In this document: piece after piece, positions 39,131 to 51,696 of the stretch
Numbering within the stretch: position 1 is the stretch's first letter
Layout: each line of letters starts with the position of its first letter
Assembly: GCA_001244265.2 (NCBI GenBank)
Contig: CDLV01000007.1
Location: 620,001 to 684,000 of the forward strand
Direction: 5' to 3'
Source of the DNA: Microbotryum violaceum
Taxonomy: Eukaryota
DNA: 64,000 nucleotides
Notes under the pieces: generated by a model
Seen by the model: only the letters and a program-made list of their open reading frames with translations
Told to the model about the DNA's origin: nothing
Databases searched by the model: none
Program-made: the position numbers and the translations under genes

Positions 39131-39949
39131 GCTAGTACTAAGTGAGTTGTTCAAGCGCGAGCATCGCGAAACGCGTCTCGAAGCGAAGGCAAACGGGCCC
39201 AAAGCCATGCCGAAGGCTGCTCAGGGTAGGCCAAAACTGGGCCGACTCACGGGAAAATGTCAAAATCTGGACATGCGCCTCGGGGCCGAAACGTGTGTTT
39301 CGTCCCAAAATGTCAATTTTTTGCAATGCGCCTCGACGATTTTCAGGATTTTGGGTCTTCAAAATGTAAAATAAAAATAAATAAAAATGCGCCTCCGGCT
39401 GGGCTTTCTGGGGTCCTATCTCAGCGCTTGATGTTTTCCTTAGGTTTGCTATGAATAGGTACTCTGGTCCAACGAATTTGGTTTCTTTTTGAGGACGAGG
39501 CTAGGAGGATTCGCAGGACTCTTGTTGCCGAGCAGGATGCCGCGAGGATTCAGACGACAATGACTTCGTATCTCCAGCGTCAGTAGGTCAAGGTATTTTT
39601 GCTTGGAGCTTTCATAACTTGTTCGATGTCATCATGCCTCGGTAGAGGCCGTACATTGGCTGCAATTCAGCAATTCGGGCCTCCTGAATTTCTTCGCCCT
39701 CAAAAGTCAATGTATCGACTCAAAAGATGCACGAAAATTCTTGATTTTGATGTAGGAAGCTCAACAACGGAGTTTCAGGTCATAATGTACTGATCTGAAG
39801 CCGAACTCTCCAAGCTTATACCTGTCTTGATTTATGGGAAATCCGTCCACCGAAAATATAAATTTTCTCAGGTTTGACTGTAGTAGCTTTTTCTTTGAAA
39901 GGAGCGATGGGCATGCGACCGCGATGTGCGACCCTCGTGGTCGATGCCA

Positions 39950-41750
39950 CCAGCCAAGTATGCCGTCACTACCGGACACGGACCGCCGCCGTTGAACGTT
40001 GATCCTTCTCGGCCACACGCCACTCTGAAGAGCCACTTTGAAGAGCCAAAGTTCGGCTCGATTCTCGAGTGAGCTATATGCTCGCAAATCACTGATGAGA
40101 GTGGCGGTATACCGAGTCCCGTTATTGGTCCCACTGCGTGCGCTCGGAAAATGATTCCTGAACCCTCAGGTAGGTCGGAACCGGCGCGTGACAGCTTGAC
40201 AGGGGTCGAGTCAGACCGTGGGCGCAAGACGGTGCTGCAGAAAAAGCAGACTGGGCGTGTCGTAAACGAACTATTTGGGAGCATCGGTCTATGTAATCCT
40301 TCCACTATTAGTCGCCTCTGACCAAAATGAAATTTGTTGTGCTTGCAACCGCGCTCGTGCTTCAAATTATAGTCGTCGTCACCTTGATGATGATGGTCTA
40401 ACCTTCTGTTGAGAAGCACTGGAATGCACCGATCCCCTACGTTAATATCCCTTTGTTACCACCTGACCTTCAGTCGCGCCTCCGATCGCTTCACGAAGGC
40501 TAAAAGTTTGTGCTTGATCCCGGTGCAACCCAGCTTTCCCTGTAGGCCTTGCCACCACATTCGTTTGAACTGACCGCCCGTGTGAGATCTCTCGAGGAAC
40601 GTGAGACACGGGTCCACACGTGAGAATGTATCAAGGATTTCGGGCATAAATGAGGTGTATTTGGCGCATGATGTCATCATAACGCTGGGAGGGACAAGGA
40701 GGACAACACCTCGAACTCCAAGTTGACCCCCTTGATGCCTTTGGTGACACCCTAAGCGATCGAGGAACGGTTCGTCCAACCGTCATGTTTCTTGAAATTG
40801 ACGACCACGTTGAGGAGTTGTTTCAAGTACAGAAGCTCGTTGACAGAAGCTCGTTGAAGGGGATGACGTCGCCAAAGATGGCCCCACGTCGACGAACATG
40901 GCTTGCTCCTCTGCCCCTCCTCGACGGCGGGACCCTGAGGGAGCTCTCCAGCGATCAGCCAATTTGGACATCCGGTAGGTCGGCGTAGGCACCACCGTTT
41001 CGTATTTCTCTGGAGTCTGAGTGGAATCAGATGGATTGTTGTCAGTTTCGTTGTCAAGGTACGGAGACGAGCAACGCTCGGCGACCGGAGCCGGAACTCC
41101 GAGACCATCGGCAGCAACAAGATTCAGTGGTGTTCGACCATCGGTGGCGACGGGAATCAACTCATGCTCGACCGTATCGTCGGTCCCAACCCTCATCAAA
41201 TCTGGACAGAACTCGTGCGCACCTACGAGACGAACACGGGTCTGTTCGTAGGGACCAAGACTCTACGCGCTCACCGGAGTTTACGCTATCAGCCCCGCAC
41301 GAGTGTCTCAATGATCATGACCTAGGTCGAGCCTCGTTTCGGGGAACTGATCATGCTGCCAAACCGCCAGAAATTCGCGTTCTGATCGGCATCGGAACCG
41401 AGGAACTTCAACCGTTCTACGCTACGATCGTCCGAACCCTTGTACAAGAGTGTGGCGAAGCCCTATTGTCTAAAGTACCTCACGTCGACAATTTTGCGTT
41501 CAAGACCACCGACCGTCGGCGGCCCGGCAACGATCTATAGGGCGAGGCTCGGACCGGTCGGCTGTCTCAGCCACTTACGAGTCGTCAGTAGTCCTAGGTC
41601 TTATCGATCACGCTGTGAACCAGAGGCGGAATGTACCCAGCCTCATCAAACTGTAGTGCGGCGAGGTAGAACTTCGAGCACGGCGTTGCGGTCACGAATT
41701 ACGACGCACGCAGTCGTTCGGAGGTCGCGACCTTGTGCGGCACGGCGCCA
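39950..41750 (-). pseudogene. Degenerate multi-exon hypothetical gene
   Basis: Short protein-like minus-strand segments (e.g. 40783-41199) with splice-like signals and in-frame stops. No domain recognised. Confidence 0.3.
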
Positions 41751-42078
41751 CCAATCCCCAGTTTTACTAGCCACATGCCCGCCGTTCGCAGTAGACCTCA
41801 ACAGATGCAATCGATTCTCGCGGGGACGGTAGCGGTTTATCGGTTGTACAGCAAACACGGTCGTCATTATTATGGTATGGAGAGGGTACGTGGCTAAGGA
41901 CTGGACAGGGGACAACGAAGATGGACAAGGAGCACAATGACGGGGAAAGATGCGAAGAAGCTATGGACAAGACACACATCGTGAACAAGATAGAAGTTGC
42001 GAAGAAGACGGCGCAGAGTAATTACCAGTACGGACGGGCGTTGCAAGTAAGCAGAATGGACACGGGCCGGGGCGAGGG

Positions 42079-44044
42079 TCACTCGTCCTTGCGGGAGGGA
42101 GACTCAGGCCGATGCCAGTGAACGACCTATCATGGCGTGCAAAATAGACAATCAGCATGATTGGCAAGATAGCTTGGGGCCAATGCAAAGAACTTACCTC
42201 CACGGCGGCACCTCTTGCGGTTGCTCTGACCTCGGTCTCGTGCTCTTCCTCATCTTCTTCGTCCTCATCCTCATCCTCCTTCGTGCCGTCGCCACCATCG
42301 TCGTCTTCATCGTCGTCATCGCCATCCTCATCGTCATCGTTCTCATCAGAATGCGCTTCCTCGTCGTCGTCTTCCGCCACCTCTTCATCTTCTTCCGCGA
42401 CCTCTTCCAGCTCATCGTTGGCGTTGGCCTCTTGTCCCGGCTCGATCTCGACAACCTCCTCGTGCGAGTTCTTTCGGATAGGCTTGACGCGTGCCGCAAC
42501 CGTGGGTTCGATAAATATCGGCCTCTTGCTCGGATTCAAGTTGAGACCTAAAGCCCTCTCGCCCTGCTCCATCAAGGGCGTCGTGGTCCCCGGTCCCGCA
42601 GTTACGGGCGAAGCGGCACCTGTCGCTTTGGCAGCGGCTTCCCTTTCCTCCTTCCACGCTTCTCGCTCCTTGATCCTGGCCATCTCAATCTGTAACTCGC
42701 GTTCACGTTCGCTTTCGTGGCGCTCGCGTTCGCGCTCTCGCGATCCGCTTTCGTTGCGATCGCGCGATGCTGAGATGCTGGGACCGCCACTGACGGGGGA
42801 GGCACTGCCGGGTAGTTTCGAGCCTTGGATGTAGTGCACGTTGATGGCGTCACTCGACGTCTGTCTCGACATGGCGGGTGAAGTACTGCCGCGACTCATA
42901 CCCGGTCGACGAGAGGGCGAGGGCGAGGTGGAACGGGGTGCCGATGAAGAGCGTGACGCCCGTCGGCGGCCAAGTGCTGGCGAGTTGCGCCCTTGCAGCG
43001 AGAGGTTGCGCAGGGCCGAGCCGAGTTGTTCACCCATTTCGAGGTGAAAAGGCTCGTCAGGCGTGTCTGCAAACGGATCAATGCCGTAATCATCGTAGTC
43101 AGTAGTCGCGTTCGGCAGCAGTTCGCGGTTGAATCGGAACTGCAAGGCGAAGAAGGCGCCGAACGATCACTTGCGCTCGGCTGCGACGGAACCAAGCCCT
43201 TTCGCCAGAAGAACGGACGGCATCATCCCTCAACGCGAAGCTCGCCCAGGCTCGACGGTCCAGTCTTCTCGTTGGCGGTCACCAGAATGAAGGCTGTTTC
43301 ACTCCGTAGATGATCGCGATCCCCACTGCTGATGTCCACGCAATATCCTCCCGAAAACTCACCCGACGAAGGCGTAGCCACATCCTTGCTGACAAAGGGC
43401 TTGACCCGATTGGCGGCTTGCACAGACGAGTTCCTTCGTGCAAGCGGACGATCTTGATCTCCGACCTTGGGCAAAGGAGCAAAGTGGCAATGCGGACTCG
43501 AACTGCGTCGGTTGCATTCTTGCTGCACGTCGGTGAGCGCATGGTTCGGCCCAGCAGCGGCGCCGCCCGGGCTGTCACTGATCAAGGGCGACACCGATCC
43601 AGCGGCACCGCCGACATTCGCGACCGGTTTGAGACCGGGCGAGCTAACAGCCGAGGAAGAAGAGAAGATGGTGTTGTTCGAGTCGGAGAAGGCGCCGGCC
43701 GAGACGTCGCTGGCGGTGCCATCTGGACTGTTCACTCGAGCGATCGCCGCTTCGATCGAGAGCTCGGACGTAGGCGCTTCGAGCGGCTTGGACTTGTTGA
43801 GCAGGATCGACGACGGCGTCGAGTGGTGCGCCGGTGGGGAGATCAAAGGCGTCGTCGATCCCGACGAGGGCGCACCAGCAGCACCCGTAGCACCCGTGAC
43901 ACCCCCCGTAGCGGCAGCGGGGTTGCCACCAGCGGGCGCGAAGTGGGCCGAGGTCACGGGAGGGCGTGCGGGAGAGGCCCGACGAATGATCGAGGGAGGG
44001 GGCATCGCTTGCACGGCCGACGCTGGTTGTTGACTAGGGTTCAT
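42079..44044 (-). CDS. Hypothetical low-complexity Ser/Pro/acidic protein, about 3 exons
   Basis: ORFs 43223-44077 and 41961-43145 joined by introns. Last exon ...ARGAAVE|VVHWHRPESPPRKDE*. Confidence 0.7.
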
Positions 44045-44783
44045 GGCTGAGGGAACCACGCAAGGACGGCCAGTCAAGCACAGACAAGTATATCGACGGA
44101 CAGGACACAGCGGCGGCGGCGCGAGGAAGAGGATAAGCGAAGGGGAAACTAACGGTCAGCGGCGGCGGGGAGCCAGGCGCCAAGCGCCGCCAGCGTGCTG
44201 CCAGCGTTTTGCTGGAGCAAGAGGACCGGAGCAGTCGTCATCAAGAACTCGATGGCCGGCGACGCCGTGTCAGAAGTCAGAGCGTGACTTCAAAGCCATT
44301 CGGTGACCGAGCAGAGTTCATTTTCCAGTGTACCTGAGAGACTGCGCCTGGAATGCTTATTGGATGGAGATGTTTTCGTATTGCAGCCTTTTCGCGGCTG
44401 AGAACCTTATTTTAGCGTGCTTTTTTTTATGAAGATGTAGATAGATTTGCACTTTCGCCTCGGTCCTACTACTAGTAGTACTGAGTCTGCACACACCGGC
44501 CTCAGCTCATGTGTAGCACGCCAGCCACTGTTGCTCTGAGCTTTCGTCCGTAGGAAGACAGCTCGTGTGACCAAAACCGACACAATGATGTGCGTTGGAC
44601 TCGGCCGGCAGGCGCTCCTTTACACCCAAAGCCGTGTTCGCATGAGATTAGATAAGCAACAAATAATAAAGACTCGAATCCAACCAAACCAGGAATAACA
44701 TAAATAAATCTTCCACGATAGCAACTATAAGAGCGATACAATATGCGAGCTCGTACACGACATTCTAATCCTTCCCCGTCGTC

Positions 44784-46160
44784 TCAGACTACGACGACTG
44801 CGTCGATCTGCTTCCGTGCCACGCCCTTGCCCTTTTGCGCACTCGTCCACGGCTGCGACTCTATTGTCAAGCCCGCCAGATCGAGGTGAGCACCATCTTC
44901 AGGTGTTTGAGGAACGTCTTCGGTTCCGAGCGTCGAGTCCGAACCGATCGAACCTTCTCGAGGTCGCAAGTCGAGTCCGAGGGCCTGCGCGCTGGTTTTG
45001 CCGTCCTCCTCTTCCTCAAAAGCGACCGCCCCTTCGTCCTGGGACGGCTCGTTCTCGTCGGCTTCCTCGATGTGTTCAATCTCCTTCGATTTACCCTTGG
45101 CATCGGCCTCCATCCTCGAAGCCTCGGCCGCTGAAGAGGACGAAGTTGTCGAGGCACTCGAGCCGGAGCGCTTGCGGACCTTGCCCCACAATTTCGTCAA
45201 GCCCTTTTGTACATCCTTGTAGGTGTAGATGTCCTCGGGCGTCTGCCCGCCCTGTTGATACCATTGTTGTGGACCTAAAAAGGACAACCACACGACTTTA
45301 AGCAAGATAAGTAACCTCTCTCGTGCCTCCTCGGATGATAGGGCAGGGCAGAACGGACCGGCGTAGCGAGCTTGCTGCATATTGGGGCGAGCGCCACCCC
45401 CCCCGGCACCTTGATTCGACAACATCCTCGCCCTCGACGCCACACCAATAGAAAGCGAGTTGGATCGATACATGCGCCGCCCCGGTGGTAGCTCGGCGAA
45501 GCGGAGTCTCGCCTCGCGACTGCACGAGGTCGTTCTTCGAGCGAAAGCGGCACCGCCAATGTCCTCGACGTCAGCGCCTTCGAACGAATCGCCCGCGGTC
45601 CTGAGACCGGTCGCGCTGCTCGACCTCGACTCAGGCTGCGCGTGTGCACGGTGTGACGAGGTCTCAAAATCGGGGTTGTCGTCGAGGAAGTGCTGGGGCG
45701 GAGCTTCGGTCTCGATCGACGCGATCCGGGCGACGATGGACGGTCGCCGACCACGAGAATCAACAATGCGGGGCACCGAATCGGGCAAATCCGACATCGG
45801 GGGATCGTCGGCGCCGCTGCCCGCAACGCCGAGCTTGCTGAGCAACGCCGTCGTTCGAGACGGGGGCGATTTAGACGAATCGGCGGGCTTGACGGGGAGA
45901 GGGTTCAACAGGATCGAGGGTGAGGGTTGAGCCTCGGGATCGTGCAAGGGGAGATGCTCGACCGAGGAACTGGCCGAGGAAGGCGGGGTCGGATCGTCCG
46001 CGGCCGTCGGGGGCGCCGCGGTAGGGGTGCCGGTGCGGCGCGGTGTAGTAGCAGCATTCATAGAGCTTATCCTAGACTGCGAGCTATTGCGTGAGTTCGT
46101 CGTCGTCGTTGACCATGCCGGGGCAAACATGATGTTGTGGTCCTGAGGGTTTTGATACAC
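44784..46160 (-). CDS. Hypothetical disordered protein
   Basis: 458-codon ORF containing a probable in-frame intron near 45276-45356. Motif RLRFAELP...RSNSLSIGVASRARML. Start uncertain. Confidence 0.7.
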   Translation of the reverse strand: MYQNPQDHNIMFAPAWSTTTTNSRNSSQSRISSMNAATTPRRTGTPTAAPPTAADDPTPPSSASSSVEHLPLHDPEAQPSPSILLNPLPVKPADSSKSPPSRTTALLSKLGVAGSGADDPPMSDLPDSVPRIVDSRGRRPSIVARIASIETEAPPQHFLDDNPDFETSSHRAHAQPESRSSSATGLRTAGDSFEGADVEDIGGAAFARRTTSCSREARLRFAELPPGRRMYRSNSLSIGVASRARMLSNQGAGGGGARPNMQQARYAGPFCPALSSEEARERLLILLKVVWLSFLGPQQWYQQGGQTPEDIYTYKDVQKGLTKLWGKVRKRSGSSASTTSSSSAAEASRMEADAKGKSKEIEHIEEADENEPSQDEGAVAFEEEEDGKTSAQALGLDLRPREGSIGSDSTLGTEDVPQTPEDGAHLDLAGLTIESQPWTSAQKGKGVARKQIDAVVVV

Positions 46161-47050
46161 GCTTCGACGCGGATGGGGAAGGAGAGAGCGAGCTCGGGGG
46201 TGGGCGGGGTTGGGCCTGGCAGGACCGGAGCACGGCGGCGCGAGCCCTGCGACGGCCAGCGACCTGCGGGCAGAGCGGGTGGGGCCACGCCTTCTGTTGG
46301 GACGGTGCGAGCCCGATCAGCCGCCGGCCGCGTCGGACATGATGGCGATGGACAGCGTCACAAGTTTCAGCTGCAGCTGCAGCACCGGCAGTGACGCATG
46401 ACAACAATCAGGGGCTACATTCGATGCACATCTCGAGTTTCAAATCGACGTGATCAACAATCCAGGCTGTGGCGGATCGCCGAAGCTTTTTGGAGTCTCG
46501 ACATTCGACTCCTTTCGAACTTTGGCGTGTCTCAGGAGCAGCGATCTCGCGTTCCACCGGGACTTCATGTCAGAGTTTGTGTCAGTCTCATTAGCCTTGC
46601 TCGACTAGGGAGCAGAGACTATTGGTCATGGTCCGGGAGCACATCAGACGGTGATGGCGAATCCGGCAGAGGGATTTTCACGGTAGGCGCAACGAAGAAT
46701 TAAGAGAGTGCCGAGTTGTAGGCTGGTCACAAAAGAACTCGGTCGGCATTACACACGACCAGAAAATAAATAACTGCCTGAGGTAAGTAATCAGACTTAG
46801 TTGGGATGTTGACAGCTCTGGAGGAAGGTGGTGCAGCCGGTGGGGCTCACGCCACCCGAAAAGTCCAAGCGCAAGCACGGCTCCGAGTCGCTTTGGTTTT
46901 GCCAAGGGCTCGGCGGCCAGGCGAAGTCCGACCCATTGGCAGCAGTGTGAGAGGTACGGTGGTACCAGTGAACAGCAATCATCAGCCGTTGTGCGAGTGT
47001 AAGTCTTCGCATCGCCTTTGCAAGGTGAAATCATGATGCTACTTCGAGTA

Positions 47051-47054
<4 letters not shown>

Positions 47055-47084
<30 letters not shown>
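47055..47084. repeat. Poly-T tract (30 nt)
   Basis: Direct observation, in the divergent intergenic region upstream of the sirtuin. Confidence 0.95.
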
Positions 47085-47085
<1 letters not shown>

Positions 47086-47526
47086 AAGATCTGACCCTGC
47101 CAGTGAGGTCGATGTCTCACAGGTTGAATGAAGGGCGTGGCCTCAGCTAGCTCAGCGGGCTGCCACTGCTGGCCAGAGCCGCCTCGACGGCTCGAATCGG
47201 CTCACTTTGTAGCGCCGCATATTCTTGCCGCTCCTCCTCCGGATCTGCGCTGTGTCCATCAACATCGCCCCACCGGCCGGTCTAGTCAACGACTGCGGTC
47301 TCTGTGTCATCACCTCACTCGACTCGGACTCGGACTCCGTTTGACCGCTTCTCTCTTGTGAACCGCCTTCACCGCCGCCGCTCTTGCTGCCGCCGTCGCT
47401 CCGGGAGCTTGAACCCAGCCCGTTCGTCGTCCACGCACGGGTTCCCTCACCCCCTGTCTACCTGTACTGCCTTCGACCTCCAGTCACGAACTCTGCAACA
47501 TTGCTACCAATCGGTCATAACCCAGT

Positions 47527-49961
47527 ATGTCAAGTATCACCCCCCTGTCAATCATGTCGTTCGGTGCCTCGGCCGGTGCCGACCCGACAAGCCAGGGCCT
47601 CGCCTTGCCGCCTTTCGCTTCAAGAATCGTTGAACCCGTCAACGACGATCCGGCTAGCCTGTCGATGCAGCACATCGCACGCACAGTACTCAAAGCGAAA
47701 AGGGTAGTTGTCGTATGTGGTGAGTTTCCCGCTTCTGTTGCGCCTTTCCTTGGGCGTCATAGCAGTTTCATGCGAGCACTGGGACCAGGGCGGTCGACGA
47801 CGTTAATTGCAATCTGCCAACGGGCCGGGCTCGGCAGGGGCCGAGATCCCCTCGGCCTTGGCCCTAAGTGTCGTCGAGCCATATACCAACTGAGGCCGGC
47901 CAAGCAAGCGAAGTGAATGCACACTGTTCTCGGTTGCAGCCCATTTTATTCACTGCGTAACCCGGAGTCCCGCCTGGTGCCCTTGCAACGGCCAAACCAA
48001 GAAAGAAACGGAGTGCTTCGTTCAACCTGGCTGACCTAACCCGAATCGTTGCCTCTCCCCGCTGCCTTCGTTACGCCGCTCATTTCTCGAATTGATGACC
48101 GCAATAGGCGCTGGGATCTCGTGTGCATCTGGTATCCCAGATTTCCGAAGCTCCGAGGGTCTCTTCGATTCGCTCAAGCGGCAGCACCCTGAGGCGAGAC
48201 TCAACACGGGGAAGGATTTGTTCGATGCCTCCCTCTTCTCGGTACGTCTCGATCAGTACGGCTCTGTGAAAGTCGTCGAAATGAAGCCCTGGCGTTCTTC
48301 TTATGCATCCGTTTATTGTACATTGAACAGTCCGAGCAGAACGCCTCCATCTTCTATACCATGATTGCCGAGCTCAAATCGATGGCCGATGTCGCTCAAC
48401 CCACTGCTTTCCACTCGTTCCTCAAAGCGCTTGACGACGAGGGAAAGCTCATGCGAGTGTACACACAGTAAGACTTCCTCGCTTGAATTTTGACGAGCTC
48501 CCCAGTGCTTAAGCCCTTCCTGCTCTCACTCACAGAAATATCGATGGGCTCGAGGAAAAAGCTGGCCTCTCGTACGGTCTTGGCGACAAATCCTTGCCTC
48601 TCCCGCCTCGACGAGCGACTGCTCGCTCGCTCGGCAAGACGTCGTCAAGCCTCTCCTTCTCATCGTCTGCGAACCCACATCCGTCCAAGCAGTCCAATCC
48701 GTCAGCAGCCTATCCTTCGCCGGCTGCTTCGCCGCCCGCCCATGAGGTGCCCCCGCCGCCGACGCACTCCAAAATCCCTCGCTGCATCCCGTTGCACGGC
48801 CATCTCGGAACCATGTCGTGTGCTCATTGTTCAACAACGGTTCCCATCAACCCATTCATGCCAGCACTTGCGCAAGGAACGGCGCCGACCTGCCCCTCGT
48901 GCGAGTCGATCGATCTTGCGCGGACGGTCGCTGGTGATCGGTCGCGAGGCGTGGGCCGTTTGCGCCCCGACGTCGTCCTTTACGGCGAAGAGCACCGCGA
49001 TGGCGAGCGTGTTGGAGAGATCACTCACCGTGATCTGATGGGCGCACGACCCGATCTCCTCCTAGTCGTGGGCACGACGCTCAAAGTGCCTGGCACGAAG
49101 CGCCTCGTGCGCGAGTTGTCCAAAGTCACCAAGCCGCCCGTGTACGACGCCGAGGACGATGAAGAGATGGAGATGCCCGTTGCCAGCGGTAGCTCGACCT
49201 CGTCCAACTCGAGTGGCACGACCTCATCCAAGACGAAGCGACCAAAACCCGCGCCCGTTCACGTCGTCTACCTAAACTACGAATTCCCCAAGCCGAGTAT
49301 GGAGTGGAAAGACGTATTTGATGTTTGGCTTCGCGGAGATATTCAGGCGTTCGTACAAGCCGTTCACGATGAGAAGGACGAGGGGATCCGCCGCGAGATG
49401 GTGCGACAGAAGGAGAAGGAACTTCGCGAGTTGAAGGCGCTGGAAAGGGCCCGCGCTCGAGTCGAGCAGGAGGTTGCGCTCGCGAACGTAGAGGCTGCCG
49501 AAATCAAGAAGAAGAAGATATCGGACAAGGCCAAGGTCGCGCTTTCACAGGCGAGCAAGACGGCGCGAATCCCAAAGCCCAGAGCCGAAGCTGGCCTCAA
49601 GGCGACCAAAGCCAAGTCCAGCCCTGAGCCCACGGCGGTGCCCGTCGTCGTACCCCCAAAGAAGACGCGGACAACTGGTTCGACCGCGAAGCCGCGAACG
49701 ACAAAAACCAACAAACCCATGACGCCTCTCCCGACCCCACCCTCATCGCAAGCCGCACCGGCGCCGACACGGCAGACTGCTCGTGTCGCCAAGCAAAACG
49801 TTCCGGTCGAGAGCATGCTCTCCCCGCTCAAGACGCGATCGGGGACCGTCCGTAACACGGCACCGATCAACAAGCTACCGTTCGCGGTCACCAAGCTGTC
49901 GTACACCCAGGTCACCTCGGGGCCCTCGTTCAAGTCGACACGGACCAACACCCGATTCTGA
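47527..49961 (+). CDS. Sirtuin, Hst3/Hst4 class NAD-dependent deacetylase
   Basis: VVVCG|AGISCASGIPDFRSSEGLF, GKDLFDA, RVYTQ|NIDGLE, PLHG, CAHC...CPSC, LRPDVVLYGEEH, DLLLVVGTTLKVPG. Confidence 0.93.
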
Positions 49962-50362
49962 CGCAGGTAATGAGGACGAAGTCAAGCGAGCATGAAGCGT
50001 GTCTCGAGCTTGTATAGAATATCCATCGAAGTTGTAGCAGTATATTTCATGTTGGATTTTTTTTAGATGCCCATAATGGCCTACATGTTGTCTTTGCTTG
50101 ATTGATTCCAGCCCCCCCCCCTCCCCCACCCCCTCTCTCTTGCGCTCCTGTGAAGGGTGGTCCCGTCTCTTTTTAAGATGTCACGATCGATATAAAAAGT
50201 CAAGTTCTTATACACCACACTAAGAAGATAGATGTGTGCGATTAAGTTCAGGAGTGCCGAGACGGATATAGAATGAAAAAAGGTGGTCCAAAAAGAGTGT
50301 AGGTAAAATGCGAGACATGCGGGAACCACGCGTCGGTGCTAGCCACGATCATCTCCTCCTAC

Positions 50363-51696
50363 TTAATGGCGTCGCCCGCCGACCGATCTTGCCGGTGATG
50401 TCGATGCGACCGCTGGTGGAAGGCAATGTTGTTCGTTGTTGAAGGCGCAGTTCGTCCTTCCGCATGCCTGCAGGTTGCGAGGAGACAGGACGAAGTTCGT
50501 CAGTCCCCAGGAAGCGTGCCCTCGGTGGCCAAACCTTGAACCTTGGACCGGGCTTGAGGCCGGGCCCCACATGGCCAAAGCGAGGAGCCTCGAAAATCAA
50601 AATCGATAAATGACGTACCGAGCCACGAGGGCAGCAGTGACCATAGCAGCACGTAGGATCCTCGCAGGTGACACCGTTCTTGAGTGCGTTGCAGAGGTGG
50701 AACTATCTCGAGCGAGAGTGAGCGTTGCAGCGGGTCAGTCGATCGATCATGGACGTGCGAGCTCATCAGGGGTCACCCGACAAGGCCACGAGGCGCATCG
50801 TGCGAGGCCGATCCCCTTTCATTTCTCACCTTGGCACCCCGTCGCATCTCTTCGACTTGAGCCGGTGTAAGCTTGTACAGGTGTGAAAACTGTGGCAAGA
50901 GATGAACGCAAGGGATAGTTAGGTCGATCAGCATTCGGGGTTTCCACACGCGGCGGCGAGATAGCCAGCGGACCGCCAACTGACCTTGCATCGCGGTACA
51001 CTGCAACTCCCATTCAAGTAGTGGCTATTGCACGGCGGGGGTGACTGCTTGGACATAGATTTTTTGGGGTCGATCTCAGGTGTTTTGGGTCGTGCTGGGC
51101 TCTCTGACCGTCGCTCGACGGTCGTCGTACTCCATGCTCGTCGGGAGCTCGAGCTCGACGACTCGGGTGGTTCGTCGAACGGGTTGAATGACGACGAGAT
51201 CTGCGGCGGTGGCGGTGAGTCCAATGGTCAGACGTCAGGTTTCAGTTGATTAAATCCCAAGCAATTGCAGAAGAGAACGCACTATGGATCCTGGTGACCG
51301 AGCGAACGCAATCTGGCGCATCAAGTCGCGCCGCTCTTCCTCCATCTCTAGGTTGATCCTAGCGAGACGCGCAACCTCCTCTTCGAGAGTCTGGCATCGA
51401 GCGCTCCAGGCGCGTTGCATCGTCTCGTTCTCACGTCTGGCCTGGGCGAGCTTGTGCATCAACTCGTTCGTTTGCGTGTGCTGGTTCCACCATTGTTGTC
51501 GTTCGGCTGCCGACGCGCTCGACGTGCCGGGTAAGCTCGTCAAAGATAACCCCGAAAAGGACTGCCCGAGTGAGTCGAGCCGTTGAAGCGGGCTCATTGG
51601 GCCGGCAAAACCGGGCGAGTCGCAGCACAGCGAGGAAGCCGACGTCGACGCGGTGCTGCCACTTGAACTCGAGTAACTCGACGAGTAAGCAGACAT
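50363..51696 (-). CDS. Tandem CCCH zinc-finger protein with coiled coil
   Basis: PPPCNSHYLNGSCSVPRCK|.SH, CEDPTCCYGHCCPRGS|ACGRTNCAFNNEQH. Confidence 0.75.

Larger units (their letters stand above)
34365..39417 (-). mobile_element. Non-autonomous relative of element 1 (element 2, 5.05 kb including nested inserts)
   Basis: 31-bp TIRs at 34365-34395 and 39387-39417 (29/31 identical) resemble the element 1 TIRs. 8-bp TSD ATCTCAGC at 34357-34364 and 39418-39425. Subterminal AAAATGTCAA...ATGCGCCTC repeats. Confidence 0.9.
27648..39880 (+). mobile_element. Outer Tc1/mariner-pogo-type DNA transposon remnant hosting nested insertions
   Basis: 25-bp TIRs at 27648-27672 and 39856-39880 (24/25 identical, (C/T)AGTCAAACCTGAGAAAATTTATAT), each flanked by TA. 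Internal repeated CTTATACCT. Residual pogo-like C-terminus MSIHFLV...TDQEIVDLV...EAISA|LDVF...IQTTMTSYLQRQ is split by the element at 34365-39417. Confidence 0.85.

Noticed and set aside
39131-39136. CTAG as the Helitron 3' end
   Set aside because: No upstream hairpin. The hairpin plus CTGG at 36989-37016 fits better, and element 2 subterminal sequence resumes right after it.
27648-39880. A single giant cargo-carrying element or Starship-like mobile island
   Set aside because: The contents resolve into separately bounded insertions with their own TIR/TSD or Helitron ends, and no tyrosine recombinase is visible.
47055-47084. Poly-T as a retroposon tail
   Set aside because: No adjacent LINE/SINE sequence or TSD was recognised.
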